This document shows, piece by piece, positions 37,893 to 48,831 of a stretch of 64,000 nucleotides of DNA. A program made the translations under genes and the position numbers. The stretch lies in the NCBI GenBank assembly GCA_026936335.1, contig JAPMXV010000055.1, positions 248,001-312,000 on the forward strand, in the 5' to 3' direction. The notes under the pieces were generated by a model that saw only the letters and a list, made by a program, of their open reading frames with translations, did no database searches and had not been told where the DNA came from. Within the stretch, counting starts at the first letter, position 1; each line of letters starts with the position of its first letter. This DNA is from Mantamonas sphyraenae STR306 (taxonomy: Eukaryota > Protista > CRuMs).

Positions 37893-40800
37893 TCATTTCT
37901 TCAGGGTGTCAATGTCGTCCTGCAGCCGCGACACAGCCTCAATGGAAGCGTACTTGCGGTCGAGTTCACGTTGAATAGCCTCGAGCTCCGTATGGACATG
38001 TTGCACCTTGTCCACATGTGTTTGGAGCTGCTGCTTGTGGTCGCCGAGATCTTTCTCGAGGGCACGAATATCCTGCTGGGACTGGGTCGAAATGGTCTTG
38101 ATCTGAGCATCCAGCGCCTGCACAACGCGCTCTTGATCCTGTGCGCGTTTGCTTGTGTCTTTCATGAGGGTATCCAGCTCGTCCTGCAGCCTTCCTACGT
38201 TTTGGTCCAGTTTGTTGCGATGTGCATCGTGCTTGGCGACTGCCCCTTGCAGTTTGTCCAAAGCGTCCTGCACATTCTGGATGTGCTGCTCGACACGTTG
38301 TTGCACCGACGAAATGGCGTGCTGGGTCTCCTGCGTCTCGGACGCTGAGGCTGCGGTGACCCTTGTTGGAAGCCACCTGCTCGGCAAGGGTGTCCACCTG
38401 TCCCTGCACAACATGTGTGTCCTTTCTCAACTCCGTCACGTGGCTGGACAGGGATCCCAACTGTGTGCGCATTCCCTCCATGGCCGCCTCCATGTCCTGC
38501 TGCACATCGCCAATTCTGTGTCCACCCTCTTCTGCTCGGCCGACGATGCCTGTGCACTGTCGTGCTGCATGTTCTCCACAATCTGGTTGACGCGCTTGTG
38601 TGCCTGATGCACCTCATCCAAACTGGTTTGCAAGGCATCCAGCTTTGCGCGAAGATCGCGTTGGCCATTTGTCATGTCAGCTCGCAGGGCCATCAGCTGG
38701 CCCTCGTCGCCTGCTGCTGCGTCGTTGGCGCCTTTGTTCGCAACGAGCTGCTCCAACGCCAGCACACGTGCGTCGTGTGCATCTTTGGCGTTGTCCAAGG
38801 CGTCGAGCCGCTCCTTGGTCGCAGCAAGGTCTCCCTTGATGGCAAAAGCCATGGTGAGTGCGTCCGATGCTTGCCCCTGTGTCTGATCCAGGGTCATCTC
38901 CATGTCACTCTTCTGGCCGTTCCTCCTGCTTGCTTCGAGTTCGTTCAACCTGGCTTCCATCTCTTCGCCGCGCTTCTGCAGCCTTTGTACACGTGTCATT
39001 GTCTGTGCCTCGCCCTCAATGATTCGGGTTTCCAGTGTCTCCATGGCCTTGCGTGCCTGTGCGTCACCTTCGCGTGGCTGAAGCAACTTGGAGGTGGCAT
39101 TCTTCATCTGGCTCTCCAGCGTGTCCAGCTGTTTGCTGTGTGTCTGTGTCACCTCCTGTAGCTTTGTGACGGCACCAGCCTGACTTTCGCTGGTCCTGGT
39201 CACACTGTCGACCTTTGCAGTGAGCTGTTCCTGCCGCTCGTTGAGTTCGCGCACACGCTTGACCAGCGTTGCGTTGCGTGACTCGTTGTCCTCACGCAGC
39301 TTCTCCATGCCCGACCTCCTCTCGTCTGTTCGTGTTCCACGTGCTCTTGCACACTTTGTACACGCTGGATGAGCGTCTGCACCCTGCGTTCCACCTGATC
39401 CATCGCCGTCTTTTGTCCAGCTGCATCCTCGTTGCGCATGTAGGCTTGCAGCGTGTGTTCCAATGTCCGTGTGCGCACGTACTGTTCTTCCAACCCTCGC
39501 AGTGCCCCTTCGTGCTCCTCTCGGTCCACCTTGTTGCTTTCCAACTGCTGGATGGCATCCTGCAGCATGTTGTGCTGCCTTCGCACCTCGGCCAGTTGGC
39601 TGCGCACAGACTGTGCCCCTCCTGCTCCCCCCACACTGCTGGGTGAGCCCACCACTGCCACGTTGTTTCCATCCTGGTCGTTGCTATCGTCGTCCGTGTC
39701 GTCAAAATCATCGGTGCCAGCAAAGTAGCCCCCACGGGATGCCATGGGTGAGCTGCCCACCCCGCCCATGACCTCCTTGGACACACGTGTCACCTTACGG
39801 AGGAGGCTGGCCAGGTCGGTGTCGTGTTTGGCGACACTGGTCTGCATGGCTCGCACAATGTCTTGCGTCTCGTCGGCGTCCTTGCGCACACTGGTCTGTA
39901 GATTGGCGAATCGGTCCGCCAGGGCCTCCAGTTCGCTTTTGGCCGCTTTGGCTTCGATGTCATTGACACGGTTGTCCACAAACGATTGCAAACTTGTGCA
40001 CTGGCGTTGCACAGCGTTGACTGCCACCTTTGCGTCAGCAGCTGCCTTTTCCACGCGTGACTGTCCCTCGTTGCAAGCGTCAATTTCCCCCTGCAGTGTC
40101 TTGCGTGTGGTTTCCAGGCGTGTTTGCATGCTGTTGCGCAGTTCGTCGCTCCAGGTGTCCATCCTGTTTTCCCACTGCTTGTTTGCACGTGCCATGCGCT
40201 CTTCTGCGTCGTCATCCATGCTTGCACGCAGTTGGGTCAGCTTGGTGTCCACCATGGCGGCACATCTGCCTGCAATCTTGCGATCCTGCTCCGCCACCAT
40301 GTCCACCACGGCCTCACGCAGATTCTCCTGCTCCGCCGCCGTGCTGCTCTTGAAGCTGGCCATTTCCTGTTGCAGAGCTGCCGATGAAGTGTCCACCATG
40401 CGTTTGACGCGTTCCTTGTGTTCATCCATGCGCCGTGGCAGGCCCGTGTTGAGCTCGTGCGACAACGCATCCACACTGCGACTCAGTTCCAGTACGTCCT
40501 TTTGTGTGCGTTCCACAGCCTGTTGCCTCAACGTGCCTGCCGCTTGCATGTCACTCATCTGGTTTTGTAGCACTGCCACCTCGCTACTGTGTCTCGTTTG
40601 TGCCTGGTCAATCAGCGCGTTGCTCTTCACCTGCCGCGCCACACTCGTTTCCACCTCGCTCACACGCGTCTCCACTCGTTCCTGTGCGTCTTGCAATCGT
40701 TCCAGTGCACTCGTGTGCTTGTGTGCCCTGCTTTCCTGCTCCCGTGCTCGTTCCTCCAACCCTCGCACGTCCTCGGGCAGATCTGCCAGGCGAGCCAGTG

Positions 40801-42081
40801 CCGATGCCACACGTGCATTGGTGTCCTCCTGCGACGCCTGGCTGCTGACCAGACGGTCGGTGTCGTGTCGCAGTTGGTCCTGCACCAGGCTGTGTTGGTT
40901 CAGGGTGGTGGACACCTCTGCATACTGTGTGCTCATCTGCACGAGTTCGTGGCCCACCTCACGCATCACGTCTGCTTTGATGTTGACGTTGAACTGTTCC
41001 ATCATTTCGCCGTGGACAGCCTTGAATCGACGTGCCACGTCCTCCTTCACCTTGGCCTTGACACGCGTGCGAAACTCGTGCACCAGTTTGTCGTTGGCAG
41101 TGGCCATTTCAATGGCCTGCGTTGCACTCGATTGCAACTCCTGCACCAGTTGTGTCTGCCGTTCAAACTTGGCCATGAGAAGGTTCAGCTTGCTCTGCAG
41201 CTCCGCACGCACTTCGCGCTCCAACACCAGCTGGTTCTGCATCTCCCCCACCTCCGTCTGCACCTGCGAGTGGAATGTGCGCACCTGTTCATGCACCGTG
41301 TCCGTTTCCAAAGCCAACGTTTTGTCCACGCGTGTTTCCAGTGTGGAAAACTCTGCCCGCAGCGCTTCCATCCGGCTCAGCTCCTCCTGCAGCCGCTGCT
41401 TCATGTCCGTCTGCTTCCCTTCCATGCCGTCCACGCTGTGGTGTGCGCGCAATGTGCACCGTGTATCCAAGTGCATGTGGGGTGGAGAGTGATCGAGTGA
41501 GGGAGTGAGAGTGCGGACGGTGTGTGTGTGTCAGTGGCACTGGCGTGGTTGCCAAACGCGGCCGAAGCAGGAAAGGAAACCAAGTTGTCAACGGACCGAT
41601 CCTTGACATAGCCGTGCAACTTGTTCATGTTGTCTGTCATACGCTCCTGATACGCAGCCGTCTCCAACTTGTGCTCTTTGAGCAACGAGCGCGAATTGTG
41701 TAGGTACGCACGCATCTGTTCACGCTGTGGAGGCGGGTGAGTGATTGTGAGCGGAACGAAATCGTCAGCGGCTTGTGCTTAGTTGCAGCCTACCTCGTCG
41801 TGAAAGGTGCGTTGATCCTCCGAGCCGACGGGAGGCAGGTCATCCAAGGAGAGGTTGTGGGCTGAGTGAGGCGACGAGGGATATTTGCTGCTGCTGCTGC
41901 TGCTGCTGCCGCCGCCACTGTGGCTGCTATTTCCGCTCGAGTACACCTGGCTGACATGGCTGCTGCTGCCGCCCATGCTCCTGCTCAGGGAACCCTCGCT
42001 GGAGGCCGCCGACGCCCGTTGCAGGTTTTGGTGTGTGTTGTTGATGATGGAACTCAGCTGGGATTCCCACGCCGAACTCAT
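37893..42081 (-). CDS. Large coiled-coil protein of unknown function
   Basis: Successive heptad-rich ORFs (41779.., 41401.., 39200.., 38436.., 37966.., 37893..) linked by two introns and single-base frame breaks near 39326, 38514 and 38361. Confidence 0.65.
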
Positions 42082-42123
42082 CGCTGCGTTTGTTCTGTTC
42101 TCCTTCGCGCACTCATTCATCAC

Positions 42124-44460
42124 TCACATCCTGCCCCACGCATGCGGACTGCCTCCACCCCGCTGCTGTTGCTGCTGTTGCTGGCCGCCCTGGCCGCCTT
42201 GCCCACCCTGCTGGGGAGAGGTGGTGTACATGGGCACCCCTTGCTGAGGGGCCATCATAACAAAGCCCTGGGGCGAGTACACACGCTGGCCCTGAGGCTG
42301 CTGAGGCACATACATACCCGGCCCAGGCTGCTTGTAGGCCATGGGGACTGGCCATCATCATGGGGTTGACATAAGCCATGCGCTGGAATTGCGATGTCAC
42401 ATACATCTCCTCGTCGCTGTACAGCTCCACAGGCTTCTGACCATACGGCCAGGTGCCATCGGGCGAGTATGTGGCGTCCACGTCCATGCCCTGGTCCTGG
42501 TAGTTGGCCATGCCCCGGCAGTACATCTGGCTCAACGACACCGAGCTCTCGGCATCAAGCGACCCTGAGCTACCCACACTCGACATGCTGTGCGTGCTGT
42601 TGCTGCTCGTCATGCCGCCACCTGTGCTGCTGCTGCTGCCGCTGGTATTGTTGTTGCCCGTGTTCATGCCGTTGCTGCTGACGCTGCTCGTGCTGGTCGT
42701 CCTGGCCAGTCCGTCGTCGCTCTTGACACTGCCGCCACCGTCGCTCTTGACGCTGCCTGCGTCACTGCTGCCACTCGAGGGAATCTTAAACTTGGGCTTC
42801 CACGCCGTGGCGTTGGGGTTCAGGTTGGAGATCTTCAACGAGCCTGAAAACAGGTTCAGGCTGGTGTCGCTGCCAATGAACCCCTTGGAGGGCACCCCGC
42901 CGCCCCCGCTCACCTGTGCCGCCTCCTTGGCAATGGCATCCTTGACCGACTGCTCCCCTTGCCGCTTCTTCTCCTTCGGATCCAGCAACCCGTCGGCCTC
43001 CATTTGTTTGCGCATGGCTGGTGGCAGATACTTGTCCTCGTCCGTGCCGGGACGGCCTTTGGTCACCACAGCGCCATACAACGCCTCTTCGTCGTAGTCC
43101 TGGCCCTGCAGCTGGCCGCGTTCCTCCATCATGTGCACGTTTGTCGTGTCCCTGTTGCCCATGATGTCACCTGCCAACGCCTCTGCCGCTGCCTGCATCT
43201 CCGGTGTGAACCTGCTCTTGTCGATCATTGTGGTGTACTTGTGCTCCTCAAAGATCGCCCTCTTGCCCGTCAGACGAAAGTTCGTTTCAAACTGGTCGTA
43301 CGTGCCCACCGATCCAGCCTCTCCGTCCTCCAATGCACTCGATTGCACTCCGCTGTCGTCCCACCTTTGCAGTTCCCGTTCGCGGTACTCCTGACCAGAG
43401 ATGTCTGTGTCCGTACGGAAGGCTGGGTGGGGAGGGGGAGGTGCGCAGGAAGCAGTGTGAGTTGTATGCCTGTGTGTGTCATTGTGGACGGGGCATTGGC
43501 CATGGGCTGTGTGGACGTTGGCGGTGCACACACGTGTATCCAAACAACACAACGTACTGTTCTTGTTGCGCGGGCGTGCGCCCAGATTGAGATCCTTGCC
43601 GCTGACACACAGGACATCCTTGCCCTGGATGACGAGGGTGTTGACGGGCTGTGATTCGCCCTCGCCCTCAGCAAGCACCTTGGTGGCCAGTTTGAGGACC
43701 AGCGACAGCTCGTTGTCTGTGTTGGCTGCGTGCAGCACGCCTTTGTACTGCGATCCATTCTTGACCGTCACCGTGACCGCCTTGCCCTGCACCATGCGCG
43801 CAGGCGAACGGAAACCCCATCCACAGGCATGGCATGGGACGCATATACCACACAGACATCGACGGGTGTATGTGCGGAGCGTGTCAGTTGCGTGGTAGAG
43901 GCCCGGGGGCGCAGAACGAGGTCGCAGGAAAAATGGGCCAGTGGGAGGGCCAATCACGAATTGTGCAAGGGGGCAAACGCGTTGGACGCCGCCAGGCGGT
44001 TTGGACAAAGGCCGCACATGCACACAAAGACGGGAAACGGGCAGGCATAACGTACGACCAGACTGAGGATGAGACGCAGGAGCTTGGCATGGAAGTAGCT
44101 GGTGGTGGCGTCCAGGGCCTTCAGGTAAGCCGCCGCTCCACCTGCGTTCTTTCCTCCGGCACCTCCCTGCTCGCCATTGGAGTTCGCAGAGGACACATTG
44201 CTATTGCCCTGACTCTGGCCCTGAGATTGCCCTCCTCCCTGCGGTCCAGCCTGCTGCTGCTGCTGCTGCGTGCGCTTGTTTCGTCGTTTGCCTCGGTTCG
44301 AGCTTCCGCGTCGTCGGCGTCCGCTCCCGCTGCCTTCCTCACCCGAGGATCCTCCTCCTCCTCCTCCTCCTCCTCCTCCTCCTCCTACGTTGCCACCGCC
44401 TGCGTTGCCGCTGTTGGGGCCGTTCTTGTTGCGTCGCCGTCCTCCGTTGGGGCCGTTCAT
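42124..44460 (-). CDS. ATXN2: Ataxin-2/Pbp1 homolog
   Basis: Sm-like domain LVGKAVTVTVKNGSQYKGV, FRTDTDIS..RERELQRW, LsmAD YDQFETN...YTT...HMMEERG...EEALYGAV, PAM2 LNPNATAWKP, Q/P/M-rich tail. Introns 43787-44055 and 43423-43557; frame break near 42343. Confidence 0.9.
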
Positions 44461-44635
44461 CTCCGCGTTCGTGTGCACGGCGCAGCGCAGTCAGGAAGCG
44501 TGTGGGCAGGGGTGCAGGGACACAAGGAGAAACGTGGGTGAGTGAGGGGTTGGAGGGGTCCGAAGGGGTTGTGCTTCTGTGTGTGGATCAGATGCACTAA
44601 CCACCCACGACGTGGGAGGCAACTCTTTCTCGGGA

Positions 44636-46771
44636 ATGGTCCTCGTTGTCGACGGCGCCGAGCAGGAGCGACAGGCAAAGGCGGAGACGAAGCGTGCGTG
44701 GAAACAGGCATTGTCTCCAGGCACGGCGGAGCTGGTGGCCACGGCGGGCAGGCGGATGCAGCAGGCAGAGGCGAACAGCGGCGGTGGAAGCAGCAGCAGT
44801 GGCGGCAGCAGCAGCAATTCGTCGACAGGCGGTGACGGCGACGGGAAGCAGTCATCGGCACAACTGGCATACCGAGACGTGGTGCTGCACTCCATGAAAG
44901 ACTCGCGCGGGAATGAGTTTTGGGAAGCAGAGGACACAGCGCAGGAGGAGGGCGGGGGACACTTGCAAACGGACTTGCAGCTGAACCTCCATCGATCCGG
45001 CTCCAGCGACACGACCAGCAGCGAGGACGATTCGGGGGACGATGGTGAGGAGAGTGACAGCGAGGGTGAAGAGACAGGCAGCGGTCGAGGCGACGACACG
45101 TCGGGCATGGGCTTCCTGAAGCTGTATCCGGAAGTTGGCGCGTCGACGCGGGATCTGGGTGAAGAGGACGAGGATGAGGAGGACGGGCTGGACGACGAGG
45201 CTGGCGTGGACACGTCCAACGATGCCATCCAACGCAGAGAGACAGGCATGGACGACAGGAACCTTGTGGAACTGCCTCCGTGGGCTTCCAAACAGTACCG
45301 AGCACGACGGGTGTGCGATCGGCTGCACGACGAAATCATGGACTTTCTCGAGTACATGGAACCCACCAAGGAGGAGTTGGAGATGCGCAAACAGGTGATT
45401 ACGGGCATGGAGGAGCTGGTGGCGTCCATCTGGCCCGACGCACGGCTGGAAGTGTTTGGCTCGTTGCCCACGCGGCTGACTCTGCCCCAGAGTGACATCG
45501 ACATGGTGCTGTTTGGGTTTGAGGGAAGCACCCAGAGTGCGCTGTTCCGTCTGGCGCGCCAGATTGAAAAGACGGGCATGTGCGAGACGATTGAGCGCAT
45601 CCCCAACGCACGCGTGCCCATTGTCAAGTTCCGCGAGCGCATGTCCAAGTGCGACGTGGACATTTCCTTCAATGTGGAGAATGGGCCGTTGAACACTCAG
45701 GTGTTGTTGCAGTTCATGCGACAGATTCCACCTGTGCGGCCGCTGGCAATCCTGGTCAAGTTTTTCCTGCGCTGCCGCGGCCTGCACGAGCCGTACACGG
45801 GCGGCCTGGGCTCCTACATGGTGTCCAACATGATTATTAGCTTTCTGCAGATGCACCCTAGCGTCAAGCTGGAACACCTGTCGCCCGAGGCCAATTTGGG
45901 CCGGCTGTTCATCCAGTTTCTGGACTATTATGGACGCCGATTCAACTTCAACGACGTGGGCATCTCGGTGCGCAATGGAGGCTCCTTCTTCCTGAAGCGG
46001 CAACGGGGCTGGTTGGACGACAGCCGTCCGTACATGCTTGCGGTGGAGGATCCGCAGATGCCGGACAACGACGTTGGCCGGAGTTCGTTTGCCATCAATC
46101 GTGTGCGCAGCGCGTTCCAGCACGCTTGGCAAACGCTGACCACCAACCGGGACGCGCGCAATGACTCGAGCACTCTGTTGTCACGCATCATCCAAATGGA
46201 CAAGGGCACGATTGCGTGGCGGGCGCAGATCAAGAAGATCTACGCTGTGGAAGGCACTGTGCAGACGCCACTCATGATGGATCTGGGCATCGGTGTCACT
46301 GGAAACGAAGCACAGCTGGGGTTTATGTCCGCCACCAGCGGGTTCGAAGACGTGCAGCTCAAGCGAGCAGTCGAGGGCAAGCAGGGGCGATCCCCACACA
46401 CTCCGCGCACTAGCTCACGACGTGTCGGAAGCAGCAGCAGCAGCAGCAGCAGTAGCAGCAGCAGCAGTGGGGGCAGTGCAAGTGGCAAGGGGAGCAAAAG
46501 CAGCAAAAAGGCAAAGGGGAGTGCCAAGGCAGGCACCAAGAAAAAGAGCAAGAAGCAGACGACGTCGTCGTTGGTTGAGACGGGCAAGGGTGCCAAGGGC
46601 AAAAAGGGCAAAAAGGGAGGACGCACAAAGAAGGAAGGAAGCGAAAGGGGACGTGGGGCGTCCAAGACACGCGGGAGGTCACGATCACGATCGAGGGAAG
46701 GCAAGAAACGCAAGGAGCGGACGGTGACGGCGGGCAGCGACCAAAAGAGGAGGCGTGTGTCGCGTGGGTGA
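44636..46771 (+). CDS. TRF4: Non-canonical poly(A) polymerase TRF4/PAPD5 (TENT4) family
   Basis: RLHDEIMDF, VFGSLPTRLTLPQSDIDMV, ARVPIVKF, DVDISFN, TGGLGSY, LAVEDPQMPDNDVGRSS, basic K-rich tail. Start uncertain. Confidence 0.92.
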   Translation: MVLVVDGAEQERQAKAETKRAWKQALSPGTAELVATAGRRMQQAEANSGGGSSSSGGSSSNSSTGGDGDGKQSSAQLAYRDVVLHSMKDSRGNEFWEAEDTAQEEGGGHLQTDLQLNLHRSGSSDTTSSEDDSGDDGEESDSEGEETGSGRGDDTSGMGFLKLYPEVGASTRDLGEEDEDEEDGLDDEAGVDTSNDAIQRRETGMDDRNLVELPPWASKQYRARRVCDRLHDEIMDFLEYMEPTKEELEMRKQVITGMEELVASIWPDARLEVFGSLPTRLTLPQSDIDMVLFGFEGSTQSALFRLARQIEKTGMCETIERIPNARVPIVKFRERMSKCDVDISFNVENGPLNTQVLLQFMRQIPPVRPLAILVKFFLRCRGLHEPYTGGLGSYMVSNMIISFLQMHPSVKLEHLSPEANLGRLFIQFLDYYGRRFNFNDVGISVRNGGSFFLKRQRGWLDDSRPYMLAVEDPQMPDNDVGRSSFAINRVRSAFQHAWQTLTTNRDARNDSSTLLSRIIQMDKGTIAWRAQIKKIYAVEGTVQTPLMMDLGIGVTGNEAQLGFMSATSGFEDVQLKRAVEGKQGRSPHTPRTSSRRVGSSSSSSSSSSSSSGGSASGKGSKSSKKAKGSAKAGTKKKSKKQTTSSLVETGKGAKGKKGKKGGRTKKEGSERGRGASKTRGRSRSRSREGKKRKERTVTAGSDQKRRRVSRG

Positions 46772-46837
46772 TGTGTGATGACGATGAAACACAAAAGGAA
46801 ATCCATGTCAAGCGACAGGTGCGTTGCATGAGGAATT

Positions 46838-48754
46838 TCAGTCGACGTCATCAATGTTGGCCATCACAGTGGGCGGGATGGCGGGCTGTGCGTGGAGGTG
46901 AGGATTGTCCACGTCTGCTGCCATGGCCTGGACAGGGTGCGGTTGGGCAGGCTGTTGTTGTTGCTGTACCGCTGCATTCTCGTTGTTGCCGTTGCCATTG
47001 TCAGCGGTGGCGACTGGGACGGCGTTGGCCTGGATTTGCAGTCCCTGCTGCTGGTCGGGCACGCGGACAGGAGTGACCTGCCAGTTGCCAGTCTGGTCGA
47101 ACCGGAACTGGATGACGGTGTTGTCGACCTGAACGTGGACCTGGCTCTGTTGCACGGGCTCGCCCACGGGGTAGTCGCGCAGGTGCTGCGGAGTGAAGCG
47201 GCCTTGCGCCATGGCAGGGAGCTCGTAGTTGTGAAAGAAGAAAAGCACGGCATGGGTCACAAAGCAGAAGCTGCTCATGAGAGCCAAAAAGTGGTAGCCG
47301 TAGGGGAAGCTGTACAGGTAGACCATGAAGGCGTAAAGGTAGAGGAGAACAAACTTGGGAAGGAGTTGGACGGAGGCGAGGGAGCGCAGGGCAATGCGGT
47401 TGTACATCTCCAGCAACCACATGATGGTGATCACAGCCCAGGCGACGTCTTCGTCCACGAGCTGGATGATGGTGTGCAGCATGCCCACACCGACCACAAT
47501 CATGGTCAGAATGGTAAACACGGAACGGGTCAGGTAGACACGAGGGATGGGGATGCGGTGGCGTGCGTGGTGTCGCAGGTGCATAATAAAGCCTACGATG
47601 TGGCGAAACACATGTTCGAGGGCGAGATTGACAAAGAGAGCCAGGGAGAGGAGGGTGAACGAGCTGAGAATGACCACGCCCAGCTTGGTGGCCAGCAGAT
47701 CGAAAAAGTCCATGTCTGTGGCTCCAGGCATGTCTTGGGCATAACGAAGGTTCCACACGGCACGGCTGTCGCTGTCGTGCACAAAGCCGCGGGCGCCGAC
47801 GAGGTGGACGAGGCCGTTGAGCACCAGTTCCCGATAGCCCAGCATGTTGTCCAGCAGCATGGAGTTGATCCAACCGCCCATGCACTCGTCCTCCAGCGCA
47901 TTCAGGGTGACGTTGAGCACAGAGACGTTGTGGCGTGTCCACTGGGTCTCGCGGAGCAGCACGAGCCCCTTGGTCAATCCGAACGAGTACACGGGATCGC
48001 CAAAGCCCAGCTCACGCATCATGTCCATGGTTGTCACCTGCGGTCGCATTCCTTGCGCATCACGTGTGTTGCCTCGCTCCTGTGTCTTTGTCGAGGGCTG
48101 TCGCGGGGTGGCAGTGTGAGGCTGGTCTGAGCCAGCAGCTCCGTTCACCCCGGCTTCCTCCCCGTCCTCCTCGCTGCTCATGCCGCCATCCAAATCCATG
48201 AGTGCGCCCGTGATGGCCTGAGACACTGTTTCCGGGTTGCGCACGGCCTTGGCGACGATGTCGACAGGGTCGCCCATGAGCACGGTGGCAACAATCTCGC
48301 TCAGCGGCTTGCTGCGTTTGCGCCCGTCGTGCTGGGCACGCGTGGGTGCCTGTGCATCAGAACCGTCTCCGGATGGATCGCGCACAGTGTTGGGCTCTCC
48401 TGCACCGGAGCCCGAGAGTGCTTGCACGGTGTGGGCCACGCGTATGGCTGCTTGGCGACGAGCCTCCATGGCTTCGAGCATTTCGTGCCAGCCGGCCTTG
48501 ACCTGGATGCGCACAATGTCGTGGTTGGCCAGTTCGGTGCGGTTGACGAGTGCAGGCACGCAGCCTTTGGTGTTGCTGACGAAACGCACGTGGGTTTTGA
48601 TCAGGATGATGAGAAAGACAATGCCAAGCAGAAGCACAATCTGTTCCATGGTTCTCCTGCCACGATGGCCCACACGCCGCTCGTATCCGGCACACAGACG
48701 AGCGTGCAGCTGGAACAAGCTTAGTTCCTGGTGATGAACAGGCCAGGGTTGCAT
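46838..48754 (-). CDS. TMEM259: Membralin (TMEM259)-like ER membrane protein
   Basis: N-terminal TM ending in HVRF, luminal YSFGLTKGLVLL...LLDNMLGY, TM cluster with PKFVLLYLYAFMVYLYSFPYGY...FFHNYELPA. Confidence 0.82.
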   Translation of the reverse strand: MQPWPVHHQELSLFQLHARLCAGYERRVGHRGRRTMEQIVLLLGIVFLIILIKTHVRFVSNTKGCVPALVNRTELANHDIVRIQVKAGWHEMLEAMEARRQAAIRVAHTVQALSGSGAGEPNTVRDPSGDGSDAQAPTRAQHDGRKRSKPLSEIVATVLMGDPVDIVAKAVRNPETVSQAITGALMDLDGGMSSEEDGEEAGVNGAAGSDQPHTATPRQPSTKTQERGNTRDAQGMRPQVTTMDMMRELGFGDPVYSFGLTKGLVLLRETQWTRHNVSVLNVTLNALEDECMGGWINSMLLDNMLGYRELVLNGLVHLVGARGFVHDSDSRAVWNLRYAQDMPGATDMDFFDLLATKLGVVILSSFTLLSLALFVNLALEHVFRHIVGFIMHLRHHARHRIPIPRVYLTRSVFTILTMIVVGVGMLHTIIQLVDEDVAWAVITIMWLLEMYNRIALRSLASVQLLPKFVLLYLYAFMVYLYSFPYGYHFLALMSSFCFVTHAVLFFFHNYELPAMAQGRFTPQHLRDYPVGEPVQQSQVHVQVDNTVIQFRFDQTGNWQVTPVRVPDQQQGLQIQANAVPVATADNGNGNNENAAVQQQQQPAQPHPVQAMAADVDNPHLHAQPAIPPTVMANIDDVD

Positions 48755-48831
48755 GGGGCCAAGAGAGCGAGTGGTTGTTGGATGGCAAGGGTTTTCTTTG
48801 GAGGGCGACGAGCGCACAGCACGGGATCAGA

